A model generated the notes under the pieces. It was not told the origin of the DNA. It did no database searches and worked only from the letters and a program-made list of their open reading frames with translations. Positions 19,359-28,242 of a stretch of 58,959 nt of DNA are shown here, piece by piece. Positions within the stretch are counted from its first letter, which is position 1, and each line of letters starts with the position of its first letter. A program made the translations under genes and the position numbers. Source of the stretch: an uncultured Bacilli bacterium (GTDB lineage: Bacteria > Bacillota_I > Bacilli_A > RFN20 > CAG-449). Where the stretch lies: contig CANQTY010000004.1 of the NCBI GenBank assembly GCA_947626895.1, positions 1 to 58,959 on the forward strand. Direction: 5' to 3'.

Positions 19359-20990
19359 TCACTCTTTCCAAACATGACCAATAGTTTGTTCTACATTTCG
19401 CGCCTCTTGAAGCAATTCTTTAAAATTATCCTTATTTACAATAAGGGTATCATTTTCCATTCCCGCTCTTCTAAAAGCTGCTGCTAAAATTTTTGTGCAA
19501 TCTGTTAAAGTAACTTTTTCTAAAGCTTCATAACAGCTAGAATCGATTTGAACCATTTCCTTGCTATAAAGACTATTTCTTTGTTCCGCCCAATATTGAA
19601 CCAATGAAGCATGATCTTTATCTTTAATATCGGGTAAGCGGATAGTTCTTGCATTTGGCATTAAAAACTTAGCGTTTTTAGCATCCGCGAAGCAAATAAT
19701 TAATGTAGAACCAATATCTAACGAAATAGAAAAATCGGAAAGTGTAAATGATTTTCTTTTGTTTGTAAGCATTAAATCGTCTGCGCGATCAAAAATTTCA
19801 GAATCAATATCACCGACGAAGTTCAAGAAAAAGAGATTATTTTTCTTGTCTTTTATTTTACGAAGAAAAATATTTGTTCGACACGCATCAACATCAAAAC
19901 CTTTTAATTCCGAGATATCAATACTTTGAACATTCGTTTTTTCATTACTAAATGCTCTTGCTAAAGCTTTTTGATAAATTGGGAATAAATAGGGATTTCC
20001 TACAATTAAAAGAGGAACGTATTTATCTTTATTACAATTTTTTACGGTTAATAATTCAGATTTTAAGCTTTTAATAACGTTTTCATCATAAAGTAAGATG
20101 GAATTTAATTCATCATATTTAATTGTAAAATTAGGAGCAGGTAAATTCATTGGGAATTCACTAATTGCTTGAATTTCTGCGACGGATAAATCATTAATGA
20201 TTCTTTCTTTTTCTTGATAAGATAAAGTATTAGAATAGGCAATTCGATCAAATGCCTTGCTATATCTAAATCCAGATACTTTATTTCTTGCAATCGCTTT
20301 AGAAATGACTTTAACACCTTCATCATAGGCATTTTCTTCTAAAACACCATAGGTTTCCGCTAATAGATCATATAACTCAACATCGATTCCATTTCTAGTG
20401 ATTGTTTTTAATTTTAAGAGCATATCACTTGCGTCTTTATCTAGTACATCACAAAAAGTTACATAACTAAAAGCACTTAATTTATCTGCAAATTTTGCAG
20501 CACGTAATAATTTTTTCTTTCCCTCTTTCATATCTTTTTTAACATGAAAGCCTTCGCATTGCATCTTTCCATAGACACGTAAAGCTAAAATCCAGCCTTC
20601 ATTTGCCTTTTTCGCAACATTTTCCAAGGATTGGTATAAAGCCTTAATATTTTTTGGAATTAAGTTAGATTTATACGCAGTTTCCATGACTTCTTTTTTA
20701 ATGAAGAAAAGGGTTTTTTCATCTTCACTCCATGGACATTCCATATTTGAAGCTTCATAATAATCAAGTAAACGAGAATAAATATAAATCTCCTCTCTTG
20801 TGTAAGAAGGTTCAAATTGATTTTTAAACATTAAAGGTTCTAACTCAGCTTTTTCGTTTTCTAATAATTCAAAACGAGTAGCTTCTATATCAAAAATTTC
20901 TTTTGCAATATCTCCATGACATGCAGATCCCAATAAAATTTGCCAAGTATAATATTCCTTAGCAAAATTTTCCATAATTTTATTAATCAT
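19359..20990 (-). CDS. 543-aa protein: Sel1/TPR-like N-terminal half plus degenerate (pseudo-)AAA+ C-terminal half
   Basis: A Sel1-like segment (ALRVYGKMQCEGFHVKKDMKEGKKKLLRAA). The C-terminal half resembles SpoVK/CbbX-type AAA+. The Walker A position reads PLLIVGNPYLFPIYQK (no GK[ST]). The Walker B position reads LFFLNFVGDID. The start lies 6 nt after the clpP-like stop. Confidence 0.5.
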   Translation of the reverse strand: MINKIMENFAKEYYTWQILLGSACHGDIAKEIFDIEATRFELLENEKAELEPLMFKNQFEPSYTREEIYIYSRLLDYYEASNMECPWSEDEKTLFFIKKEVMETAYKSNLIPKNIKALYQSLENVAKKANEGWILALRVYGKMQCEGFHVKKDMKEGKKKLLRAAKFADKLSAFSYVTFCDVLDKDASDMLLKLKTITRNGIDVELYDLLAETYGVLEENAYDEGVKVISKAIARNKVSGFRYSKAFDRIAYSNTLSYQEKERIINDLSVAEIQAISEFPMNLPAPNFTIKYDELNSILLYDENVIKSLKSELLTVKNCNKDKYVPLLIVGNPYLFPIYQKALARAFSNEKTNVQSIDISELKGFDVDACRTNIFLRKIKDKKNNLFFLNFVGDIDSEIFDRADDLMLTNKRKSFTLSDFSISLDIGSTLIICFADAKNAKFLMPNARTIRLPDIKDKDHASLVQYWAEQRNSLYSKEMVQIDSSCYEALEKVTLTDCTKILAAAFRRAGMENDTLIVNKDNFKELLQEARNVEQTIGHVWKE

Positions 20991-20996
20991 AAAGTT

Positions 20997-21551
20997 CTAA
21001 TCTCCTTTCGCCTTATTTTTAGAAGGTATTACATAATCAATTAACCCATATTCTAAGGCTTCTTGCGCCGTTAAAATATAGTCTCGATCTGTATCTTTAC
21101 AAATAGTTTCGTAAGTTTGGCCTGTATTCTCGGCTAAGATGCGATTTAATTTTTCACGAACTTTTTTGATGTGCTCTGCAGCAATAATAATATCGCTTGC
21201 TTGACCTTCTGCTCCGCCTAAAGGTTGGTGAATTAGAATTTCACTATTTTCAGTCGCTTTTCGATATCCCTTGGAACCCGCGGAAAGTAAGAAAGCAGCC
21301 ATACTTGCCGCACATCCAAGTGCTACAGTAACGATACGAGCTTTGACATAATTCATTGTGTCATAAATCGCAAATCCAGCGGTAACGCTACCGCCAGGTG
21401 AGTTAATTTGAATTGTTATCTCGTCATGACCCTGACTATCAAGATAAAGTAATTGAGCAATAACCGTATTTGCAAGGTTATCATCAATTGGTCCAAAGAT
21501 ATTAATAATGCCTAATTCTTCGGAAAAACTAACAGAATTATCTTTAATCAT
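20997..21551 (-). CDS. ClpP-family serine protease paralog lacking the N-terminal axial-loop/alpha-A segment
   Basis: The ClpP core is strong: [18 protein letters not shown], catalytic Ser in [11 protein letters not shown], His in LIHQPLGG, Asp in DTDRD. It is about 14 aa shorter than canonical ClpP and has no VIEQT..RGER.YDIYSRLL segment. An in-frame TAA 9 nt upstream of the ATG excludes an N-terminal extension. Confidence 0.85.
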   Translation of the reverse strand: MIKDNSVSFSEELGIINIFGPIDDNLANTVIAQLLYLDSQGHDEITIQINSPGGSVTAGFAIYDTMNYVKARIVTVALGCAASMAAFLLSAGSKGYRKATENSEILIHQPLGGAEGQASDIIIAAEHIKKVREKLNRILAENTGQTYETICKDTDRDYILTAQEALEYGLIDYVIPSKNKAKGD

Positions 21552-21701
21552 TTCTTCTTATCCCCCCTTTTGTTCCAAAATGGAAAAAATGACAATTACG
21601 TAATACACGTGACGAAAAAGATTTTCGTGCTATAAGTTAATCATTGCAAAATATCGACCTTAAAACAACTTATTTTCAATTTTTGCGCTTTAAAATAAAT
21701 A

Positions 21702-21729
21702 TTACAATGTAATCAAATTATGTTATGAT
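21702..21729 (+). promoter_or_regulatory. Candidate sigma-A promoter, plus strand (TTACAA-N16-TGtTATGAT), antisense to the clpP-like leader
   Basis: -35 TTACAA at 21702-21707. Extended -10 TGT-TATGAT at 21721-21729. Confidence 0.35.
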
Positions 21730-21987
21730 CCATAGCAAATGAACACTAATGATAGATTAAAATAAAATAGGAGTCTATCTTATCTTGTGCCAATTAACCA
21801 TGTACGCGTTCACGGATTGTAGCACAAGAAGTAAATGTTGGTTTTTAGCAAAGATCATAAATTTTGTTTAACCTCCTTTCTGTGCTACACGCAAACACAA
21901 TGATAGGTTAGAAACCCACATAAGCGCAAAAAGCCCCCAATATAGCTTTTTTTGAATCCCTTTTTTTCTAACCTGACGTGTATTTTC

Positions 21988-22016
21988 ATTCTAAAACCTA
22001 AAAATAAAATTGTCAA
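21988..22016 (-). promoter_or_regulatory. Strong sigma-A-type promoter for the clpP-like operon (TTGACA-N17-TAGAAT)
   Basis: On the minus strand, TTGACA (22016-22011), a 17-nt spacer, then TAGAAT (21993-21988). This predicts a TSS near 21981 and a leader of about 430 nt. Confidence 0.55.
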
Positions 22017-22052
22017 CTGTTTTTTTGTTTCGTTTGGCAGAAAACGACAAAA

Positions 22053-22077
22053 ACGCCTAAATCTAGGCAGTTTTTTC
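22053..22077 (+). terminator. Hairpin plus T-run (second of two tandem hairpins)
   Basis: GCCTA-AATC-TAGGC-AG-TTTTTT, preceded by hairpin TTGTTTCGTTT-GGCAG-AAAACGACAA (22026-22051). Confidence 0.4.
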
Positions 22078-22209
22078 TTTAAAATTTCTTAAAATTTTCT
22101 TATTTTAATCTCAAAAAACTCTTATTTTTTTATTTACAGACGGAATTTTTTGAATATTGCCTTTTCTTAGGCAATTTTGTATACTTAGAATATCAAGAGG
22201 TACTTTTAT

Positions 22210-22638
22210 ATGCATATTCTTACTGTTCAAGAATTTATTACTGGCTATGAAGAGCTAATTAAAAATATTGCTTTAATAGTTACCGCAACACTTGAGCTAA
22301 TCGGAATTATTGTCATTGTTTTTGGTACAATTCGTTCAGTCGTTTTCTTTTTCTGTGATATTTGGAAAAAGCAACATCACAATATTCGAATCGGTTTAGG
22401 AAATTCTTTAGCCCTTGCTCTTGAATTCAAAATGGGAGCGGAGATTATTAAAACCGTTGTAGTTCGAGAGATGCAAGAATTAGCAATTCTTGGTGTCATT
22501 ATCGTTCTCCGCGCGGTTCTTGCAGTTCTCATCCATTGGGAAATTAAAACCGAAAGAAAAGAAGAACATGATTTACTTCTCGAACAAGACACACCAAAAG
22601 AAGAAACAAGTAAGGAAGAGATTAAAGAAGGAGAGTAA
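22210..22638 (+). CDS. DUF1622-family small membrane protein
   Basis: 142 aa with 3-4 TM segments. LGNSLALALEFKMGAEIIKT is typical of DUF1622. The C-terminal tail is acidic. Confidence 0.7.
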   Translation: MHILTVQEFITGYEELIKNIALIVTATLELIGIIVIVFGTIRSVVFFFCDIWKKQHHNIRIGLGNSLALALEFKMGAEIIKTVVVREMQELAILGVIIVLRAVLAVLIHWEIKTERKEEHDLLLEQDTPKEETSKEEIKEGE

Positions 22639-22652
22639 TAATCCTTCTTTTT

Positions 22653-23105
22653 TTAATAACCTAAATGTTTTAAAAAAGCTAAAACTCCTTCTTTTATATC
22701 TTGATATGCTTTTTCAAAGTTTCCTGTATACCAAGGATCTGAAATATCACGAGGTTGATCTGTAAAAGATAAAAGGGGATAAAATTTATTTTCTTTTGCA
22801 GTTGGAAATAAATAGTGAATGATTCTTTCATTTGATTGGTCCATATAGAGAATGTAATCAAAAAATAAAAGATCTTTTTCTTCAATTCTTCTAGCTCTTC
22901 TATTTTTAATAGGAATGTTATGGTCTAATAAGATACGTTTAGCTCGATAATCTATAGGATTACCAATTGCTTCATTTGTTAATGCCGCGGATTTAATATA
23001 AAATTTTTTTTCAAGTCCTCTTTTTCTTATCATATCTTTCATGATAAATTCACCCATTGGAGAACGGCAAATATTGCCATGACATACAAATAAAATTTTA
23101 ATCAT
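22653..23105 (-). CDS. Low-molecular-weight protein-tyrosine phosphatase
   Basis: N-terminal P-loop FVCHGNICRSP (CX5R-S) and a C-terminal DP motif (ISDPWY). Confidence 0.9.
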   Translation of the reverse strand: MIKILFVCHGNICRSPMGEFIMKDMIRKRGLEKKFYIKSAALTNEAIGNPIDYRAKRILLDHNIPIKNRRARRIEEKDLLFFDYILYMDQSNERIIHYLFPTAKENKFYPLLSFTDQPRDISDPWYTGNFEKAYQDIKEGVLAFLKHLGY

Positions 23106-23362
23106 CGCTATTCTTTCCTTTCATTCATTTTCTTTAAGTAAAATTCTTATAAAAAAAGTTAGGATTCTTATAAGCACATTTTTAAGTACTTTTTCTAACT
23201 TTTTCTAAATTCTATTGGTATAGTCTAATTTAATCCTATACAAGTATTTTGATTATTAGAACTACTTGCTCTAGAGATTTTTCTTTAGAAACAAATCATT
23301 GAATATTATGAAATTGTTTTTACAAAATATTCTGTATATTTAAATGAATTAATCTTTAAATT

Positions 23363-24064
23363 CTAGCTTTTCTTACCATACTCTAAGACGAGTTTTTCAA
23401 ATTGATCAAGCTGAGGTAATTCTTTTTGATCCATATTTGATTGACGAACCACATGCTTTAATACATCTTCACTTCTTAAAGCTGTAGTTAATGTATCATA
23501 TTGATGCGCTTCATTTTCTAAACGTAAGATATCTTTTTCTAAAACTCGAATATCATCAAAATATCGAACTCTCATCATGGAATCTGATTCTTTTAATGCA
23601 GAACGGGTGATTTGATCTTGTTTTCTTTTTAATCTTTCAATTGCTCCGTATGCAAATTCTCTTAAACGAGTGATATTCCATAAATCTTCATCGAATTTTC
23701 GATAATTTTCAACACTTAAAGGAGATTTACCCACCTGACGATCTTCAATAATCGTTTGGGCACGATGTAACGCTAATTGCATTCCATAAAAAGTGCCTTT
23801 TTTTAGCATTTCTTGAGCATCCATCAAAGTATTTTTTAAAAGCGAAGTTAATAATAACTCTAATTTAATATCTTCAACTTGCATGGCTTGAAAACGAACA
23901 GATTTATAATCTAAATCTAAATCGATTTTAGAAAATTCTTCCGATAAAATTTTATCTTTTTTCTGTTTGATTTCTCTTTTTAATTCTTTATGCAAATCAT
24001 AAAGTTCATTATTTGCTTTTTTTAAATCAGATAATGTACATTCTGCTTTCTTTTTAGAAAACAT
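23363..24064 (-). CDS. Hypothetical coiled-coil protein (233 aa)
   Basis: An intact, K/E/L-rich ORF 11 nt downstream of the GntR gene. No motif recognised. Confidence 0.5.
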   Translation of the reverse strand: MFSKKKAECTLSDLKKANNELYDLHKELKREIKQKKDKILSEEFSKIDLDLDYKSVRFQAMQVEDIKLELLLTSLLKNTLMDAQEMLKKGTFYGMQLALHRAQTIIEDRQVGKSPLSVENYRKFDEDLWNITRLREFAYGAIERLKRKQDQITRSALKESDSMMRVRYFDDIRVLEKDILRLENEAHQYDTLTTALRSEDVLKHVVRQSNMDQKELPQLDQFEKLVLEYGKKS

Positions 24065-24075
24065 GGAAACTCCTT

Positions 24076-24708
24076 TTATTCTTCAATTCCGTATGTTAAG
24101 AAAGCTTCAACTCTTTCAAAAGAATATTCATCTTTTCCAACAAAAATAAGCTTATCTCCAGCATCTAATGGGAAATCTGGTCCTGGACTTGTTTGGAGTA
24201 AACCATCTACTGCACGACGAACAGCGACAATTGTAGCTTCGGTATAGTTCCAGAAGTTAACCTCACCAATCGTTTTTCCTACGATCCAGCTATGAGAATC
24301 GATTGTAACTTCTTGGAATTGGATGGCCTCTCTAACTTGGAAACGGAAATTTTCAGCCATGACTTCAACAGAACTACAAATCTTTTCGTTTAATTCACGG
24401 GCTTCTTTAATTAATGCCTTAACATTTTCTAAATCTTCAGTTAATGTTGGGGCGCCATTCCATGTATTTGCATATTCTTTTGCTTTTGCTTGAGAATCAA
24501 CAAATACTCCAACACCGTGTTTTACATAAAGAATTTTTTCTTCAGATAAAAGTTGGACTGCCTTACGGATAGTTTCAGGTGAAACTCCATAAAGTGAAGC
24601 TAATAAGCTTCTTCCTTTTAAAATACTTCCTTCAGGAAATTCGCCACTGATAATTTTTTCTGTAATATCGTGTGCAATCTTTTCATATTTAGCAAGCGTA
24701 TCTTCCAT
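24076..24708 (-). CDS. GntR-family transcriptional regulator with C-terminal TrkA-C (RCK_C) domain
   Basis: N-terminal wHTH (LKGRSLLASLYGVSPETIRKAVQLLSEEKILYVKHGVGVFV). C-terminal RCK_C-like segment (IVGKTIGEVNFWNYTEATIVAVRR...GDKLIFVG). Confidence 0.8.
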   Translation of the reverse strand: MEDTLAKYEKIAHDITEKIISGEFPEGSILKGRSLLASLYGVSPETIRKAVQLLSEEKILYVKHGVGVFVDSQAKAKEYANTWNGAPTLTEDLENVKALIKEARELNEKICSSVEVMAENFRFQVREAIQFQEVTIDSHSWIVGKTIGEVNFWNYTEATIVAVRRAVDGLLQTSPGPDFPLDAGDKLIFVGKDEYSFERVEAFLTYGIEE

Positions 24709-24830
24709 TTTATATTTCTCCTTTAAATTGACTTCTCTAATATCTTACCATAAATTCGGAAAATTTGAATACTTTTATACTTTATTTTCTTAGAAAAAGA
24801 ACTCTAGTTTTAGCTAGAGCCCTCATTTTC

Positions 24831-25205
24831 TTATTTTTTCCAAAATCCGTGGAGATTACAATATTCGTAAGCAGAAACAACTTCTTCATTTTCCTCAAGT
24901 GTGAAGGTTGCTTTTGGTTCCATATTTGGTGCTAAATGAACGATGCTTACTTTTTGGTTTGTTTCTAAAACAATCCATTCAATAAAATGCTCAGGAAGCA
25001 TAGGATGAGGAATAGAACCAACCTTTACCACGACTTTATTTCCTTCTTTTTCAATGCATGGAACATGTTTTTCTAAGGCACCATCTGTGACATTGGCCTT
25101 TAATTCTTCCATGACTTCACCACAACAAATCGTGGGTACTGCTCTTTCATTTAACATCGTGATAATTTTTCCACAATGTTTACAACGATAAACTTTAAAT
25201 TCCAT
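24831..25205 (-). CDS. dfx: Desulfoferrodoxin (superoxide reductase, 2Fe-SOR)
   Basis: Start MEFKVYRC follows AAGGAG. The desulforedoxin-like N-terminus has CKHCG...CCG. SOR centre II residues are present (EKHVP, HPMLPEHFIEW, CNLHGFW). Confidence 0.88.
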   Translation of the reverse strand: MEFKVYRCKHCGKIITMLNERAVPTICCGEVMEELKANVTDGALEKHVPCIEKEGNKVVVKVGSIPHPMLPEHFIEWIVLETNQKVSIVHLAPNMEPKATFTLEENEEVVSAYEYCNLHGFWKK

Positions 25206-25239
25206 ATTGATTTTTCTCCTTTTCTTTATTGTATCATTT

Positions 25240-26403
25240 TTATTCATAACATGCTTCTAAAATTTGAAGCACTTCTTCACGAGCTAAGTCGTGATAGCCT
25301 CCACCTAAATCTGTGGAGTTTGCAATAAGAGGTAACATTTCCTTTGTCGCTCCGAGTTCTTTAAGTGTAGTACACATTCCTACTTCTTTAATAAAGTTTG
25401 CTAATGCATCAATTCCTAACTTTGCTAGAGTTTGTTCGTCTTTATTTTCACTTGGAATACGGAAAACTTCTTTAGCAAATTTTGCAAACTTATAAGGTGC
25501 GTATTGCATGATAAAACGATAATATGGGGTCGAAATTGCTGCTAAGCCCATCCCATGAGCGCAGTCTGTATAAGCACCTAATTGATGTTCAATACTATGA
25601 ACTTGCCAATCTTGAGTTTTTCCTACTTTTGTTAATCCATTAAGGGCTAAAGTAGAAATCCATTCAATATTACTTCTAACTTCATAATCTAAAGGATTTT
25701 CTACAGCTTTATATGTATTTTTAATTAAACTATGCATCAAAGCTTCCATTAAATCATCGGAAACATTATCATCATCATTTGAAAAATATTGTTCCATTAA
25801 ATGGGAAAAGATATCAAAAATACCACTTAACATCTGATACTTTGAAACAGTAAAAGTATACGTTGGATTCAAAATAGAAAATTTTGGATAGACATTTTGA
25901 TCAAACACACGTCCTTTCTTTAATTTTTCTTCTTCATTAGTGATAACACTTCCGCCATTCATTTCTGAACCTGTACCAACCATAGTTAATATTGAACCGA
26001 CAGGCACAGTCGTATGTTTTACTTCTTCATTATCAATCCAATATTTTTTCCAAGGATTTTCTTGATAAGCTGCAACAGAAATTCCTTTTGCACAATCAAT
26101 GACGCTTCCGCCTCCAACGGCTAAAATAAAATCAATATGATGTTGTTCCACTAAAGAAGCACCTTCCATCATCTTTTTATAAGTAGGATTAGGCATAACT
26201 CCAGAAAGTTCAACAACGCTTTTCTTAGCCTTTTTTAATATTTCCATCACTTGATCATAAAGACCAATCTTTTTAATTGAACCACCACCATAGACAAATA
26301 AAACATTTTTTCCATAATGAGCTAATTCATCTTCAAGATGAGATAATGAATCCTTACCAAAGTAAATTTTAGTAGGATTATAAAAATTAAAATCATAACG
26401 CAT
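25240..26403 (-). CDS. Iron-containing alcohol dehydrogenase (butanol dehydrogenase/YqhD-like)
   Basis: 387 aa. GGGS(V/I)ID motif (AVGGGSVIDCAK) and metal-binding His cluster (HSIEHQLG...HG). Confidence 0.9.
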   Translation of the reverse strand: MRYDFNFYNPTKIYFGKDSLSHLEDELAHYGKNVLFVYGGGSIKKIGLYDQVMEILKKAKKSVVELSGVMPNPTYKKMMEGASLVEQHHIDFILAVGGGSVIDCAKGISVAAYQENPWKKYWIDNEEVKHTTVPVGSILTMVGTGSEMNGGSVITNEEEKLKKGRVFDQNVYPKFSILNPTYTFTVSKYQMLSGIFDIFSHLMEQYFSNDDDNVSDDLMEALMHSLIKNTYKAVENPLDYEVRSNIEWISTLALNGLTKVGKTQDWQVHSIEHQLGAYTDCAHGMGLAAISTPYYRFIMQYAPYKFAKFAKEVFRIPSENKDEQTLAKLGIDALANFIKEVGMCTTLKELGATKEMLPLIANSTDLGGGYHDLAREEVLQILEACYE

Positions 26404-26474
26404 AATTTTTTCCCTCCGTTTTTATTTTAACAATTTATATTTTCTTAGTCATGAATTTTTGATTGCTTTTTAAA

Positions 26475-26506
26475 TAAAACGATCTAGTTTTTCTAGACCG
26501 TTTTAT
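26475..26506. terminator. Bidirectional hairpin terminator after mscL
   Basis: AAAACGATCTAG-TTTTT-CTAGACCGTTTT. Confidence 0.6.
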
Positions 26507-26528
26507 AAGATTCAAGTTAAAAGACAGT

Positions 26529-27038
26529 TTATTCTTTCTTGGCTTTTGCGCCAGAGTTCTTTTCTTCTTTTAATAAATCACGAATTTCGATAAGCAAATC
26601 TTCTGTAGTAACAGGTTTTGGTGCATTTGCTTTTGCTTCTTCTTCAGCTTTTTTCTTTTCAGCTTCCGAGGCTAATTTGCGTTGTTCAAATTTTTCATGA
26701 GCCTTATTAATTAAGCTGACAATTAAGAAAAGGATAAAGCCAATGAGAACGAAATTGATAACTGCCATGACTAAATTTCCCCAGTTCATGGTAATTGCCT
26801 CAGGATTCGCAATTATGTTTCCATCGGCATCAGCAATTGTTGCAGGTACACCATTTAAAACAATAACAAGTCCTGTTAAATCGCCATTTCCTACTGCGAG
26901 GGAAATCAAAGGCATAAAGATATCATTTACAACAGAATTTACAATTGTCGTAAAAGCACCGCCGATGATAACGCCAACAGCTAAATCAACAACGTTTCCG
27001 CGAAGAAGAAACTTTTTGAATTCACTAAAAAATTTCAT
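26529..27038 (-). CDS. mscL: Large-conductance mechanosensitive channel
   Basis: FKKFLLRGNVVDLAVGVIIGGAF is the MscL signature. The C-terminal tail is extended and K/E/A-rich. Confidence 0.93.
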   Translation of the reverse strand: MKFFSEFKKFLLRGNVVDLAVGVIIGGAFTTIVNSVVNDIFMPLISLAVGNGDLTGLVIVLNGVPATIADADGNIIANPEAITMNWGNLVMAVINFVLIGFILFLIVSLINKAHEKFEQRKLASEAEKKKAEEEAKANAPKPVTTEDLLIEIRDLLKEEKNSGAKAKKE

Positions 27039-27105
27039 ATGTTTTAACTCCTTCTTTTTTTATTATAAAAAATTTATGATATAATTTACAAGAAGGAAAA
27101 ATTAA

Positions 27106-28242
27106 ATGAAAAAAAGATATTGGATTTCTCTTATCATAATTTTAGTTGTTTCTTGTTTATTATGGATTATTTCTTCTTTTCCAGAAGCAAGTGAATGGTG
27201 GACAAAAAATATCTCTAGTATTTATATAACCATCATTGGATCGATTACTAATTTTATTCCTTTTTCTTTATTTGAAGTAACCGTGATAGGTTTAGTCTTA
27301 TTTGGTATCCTTTTAATAATCCGTTTTATATATTCTCTATTTTCTAAAAACATTAAAAACATTCTTGTAAGGTTTTATAAAATTTTTCTTTTTGGAATGA
27401 GTATTGTTCTTTCTTATGGTGCAATCGCAGGAATTGCATATAATCGAAAACCTGTTGATGTGATTCAATATGAAGAAAATATCACTCCAGAATTAGTAAG
27501 TGAAACAATCAAATATTATTTAAAAGACTATAATGGGGTCGCTTCTTCCTTATCTAGAGATGAAAAGGGGGTAGTGATTTGTCCTTATACTTTTGATGAA
27601 TTATCCTCAAAAGTCTCTGAAGAGATGAAAAAATTAGATTCTTCCTATTATTATTCCCATACAGGGAGAGCAAAAGCCACTTTCTTTTCCCCAATATTAA
27701 GTGAATTACATATTACAGGAATTAACTTTGCTTTTACAGGCGAGGCTAATGTCAATACCTCTATGCCTTGGATCGATTTACCCTTTACGATGGCTCATGA
27801 ACTTGCCCATTTAAAAGGGGTAATGCGCGAAGATGATGCAAATTTAGTTGCATTATCTATCTTGACTAATTCAAGTAATCCGTTTTTAAGATATTCAGCT
27901 TATTTTCGTGGATTTTTCCGTCTTTTAGAAATTAAACAACTCACCGATTATAATGAATATGAGAGTACATTAAGAGCTTTAAGTAATTATGTATATATTG
28001 ATAATAATTACTATGCTCAATACTTTATTGATCATGATTTATTATCTAAAGTCGCAGATTTCTTTAATAATATTTATTTACAATTCCATGGTCAAGAAGA
28101 GGGCACGGGTTCTTATGATGATACTAGTGATTATGTAGACACAGGAGAAAAAGATGATGGTGGTCATCATATCTTTGTCTATACAAATTACTCTCCTTAT
28201 CAAAAATTTTTAATAGCAAACTACGTCAATAAAACTAAATAA
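27106..28242 (+). CDS. DUF3810-family membrane protein, putative zinc metallopeptidase
   Basis: Three N-terminal TM segments and an HExxH motif (MAHELAHLKG). Size and layout fit DUF3810. Confidence 0.7.
   Translation: MKKRYWISLIIILVVSCLLWIISSFPEASEWWTKNISSIYITIIGSITNFIPFSLFEVTVIGLVLFGILLIIRFIYSLFSKNIKNILVRFYKIFLFGMSIVLSYGAIAGIAYNRKPVDVIQYEENITPELVSETIKYYLKDYNGVASSLSRDEKGVVICPYTFDELSSKVSEEMKKLDSSYYYSHTGRAKATFFSPILSELHITGINFAFTGEANVNTSMPWIDLPFTMAHELAHLKGVMREDDANLVALSILTNSSNPFLRYSAYFRGFFRLLEIKQLTDYNEYESTLRALSNYVYIDNNYYAQYFIDHDLLSKVADFFNNIYLQFHGQEEGTGSYDDTSDYVDTGEKDDGGHHIFVYTNYSPYQKFLIANYVNKTK

Noticed and set aside
20997-21551. That this is simply the housekeeping clpP.
   Set aside because: The conserved N-terminal 14-20 residues are absent, and an in-frame TAA 9 nt upstream of the ATG excludes an extension. 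The gene is also translationally coupled to three non-Clp genes. This is only a tentative rejection, because the rest of the genome is not visible.
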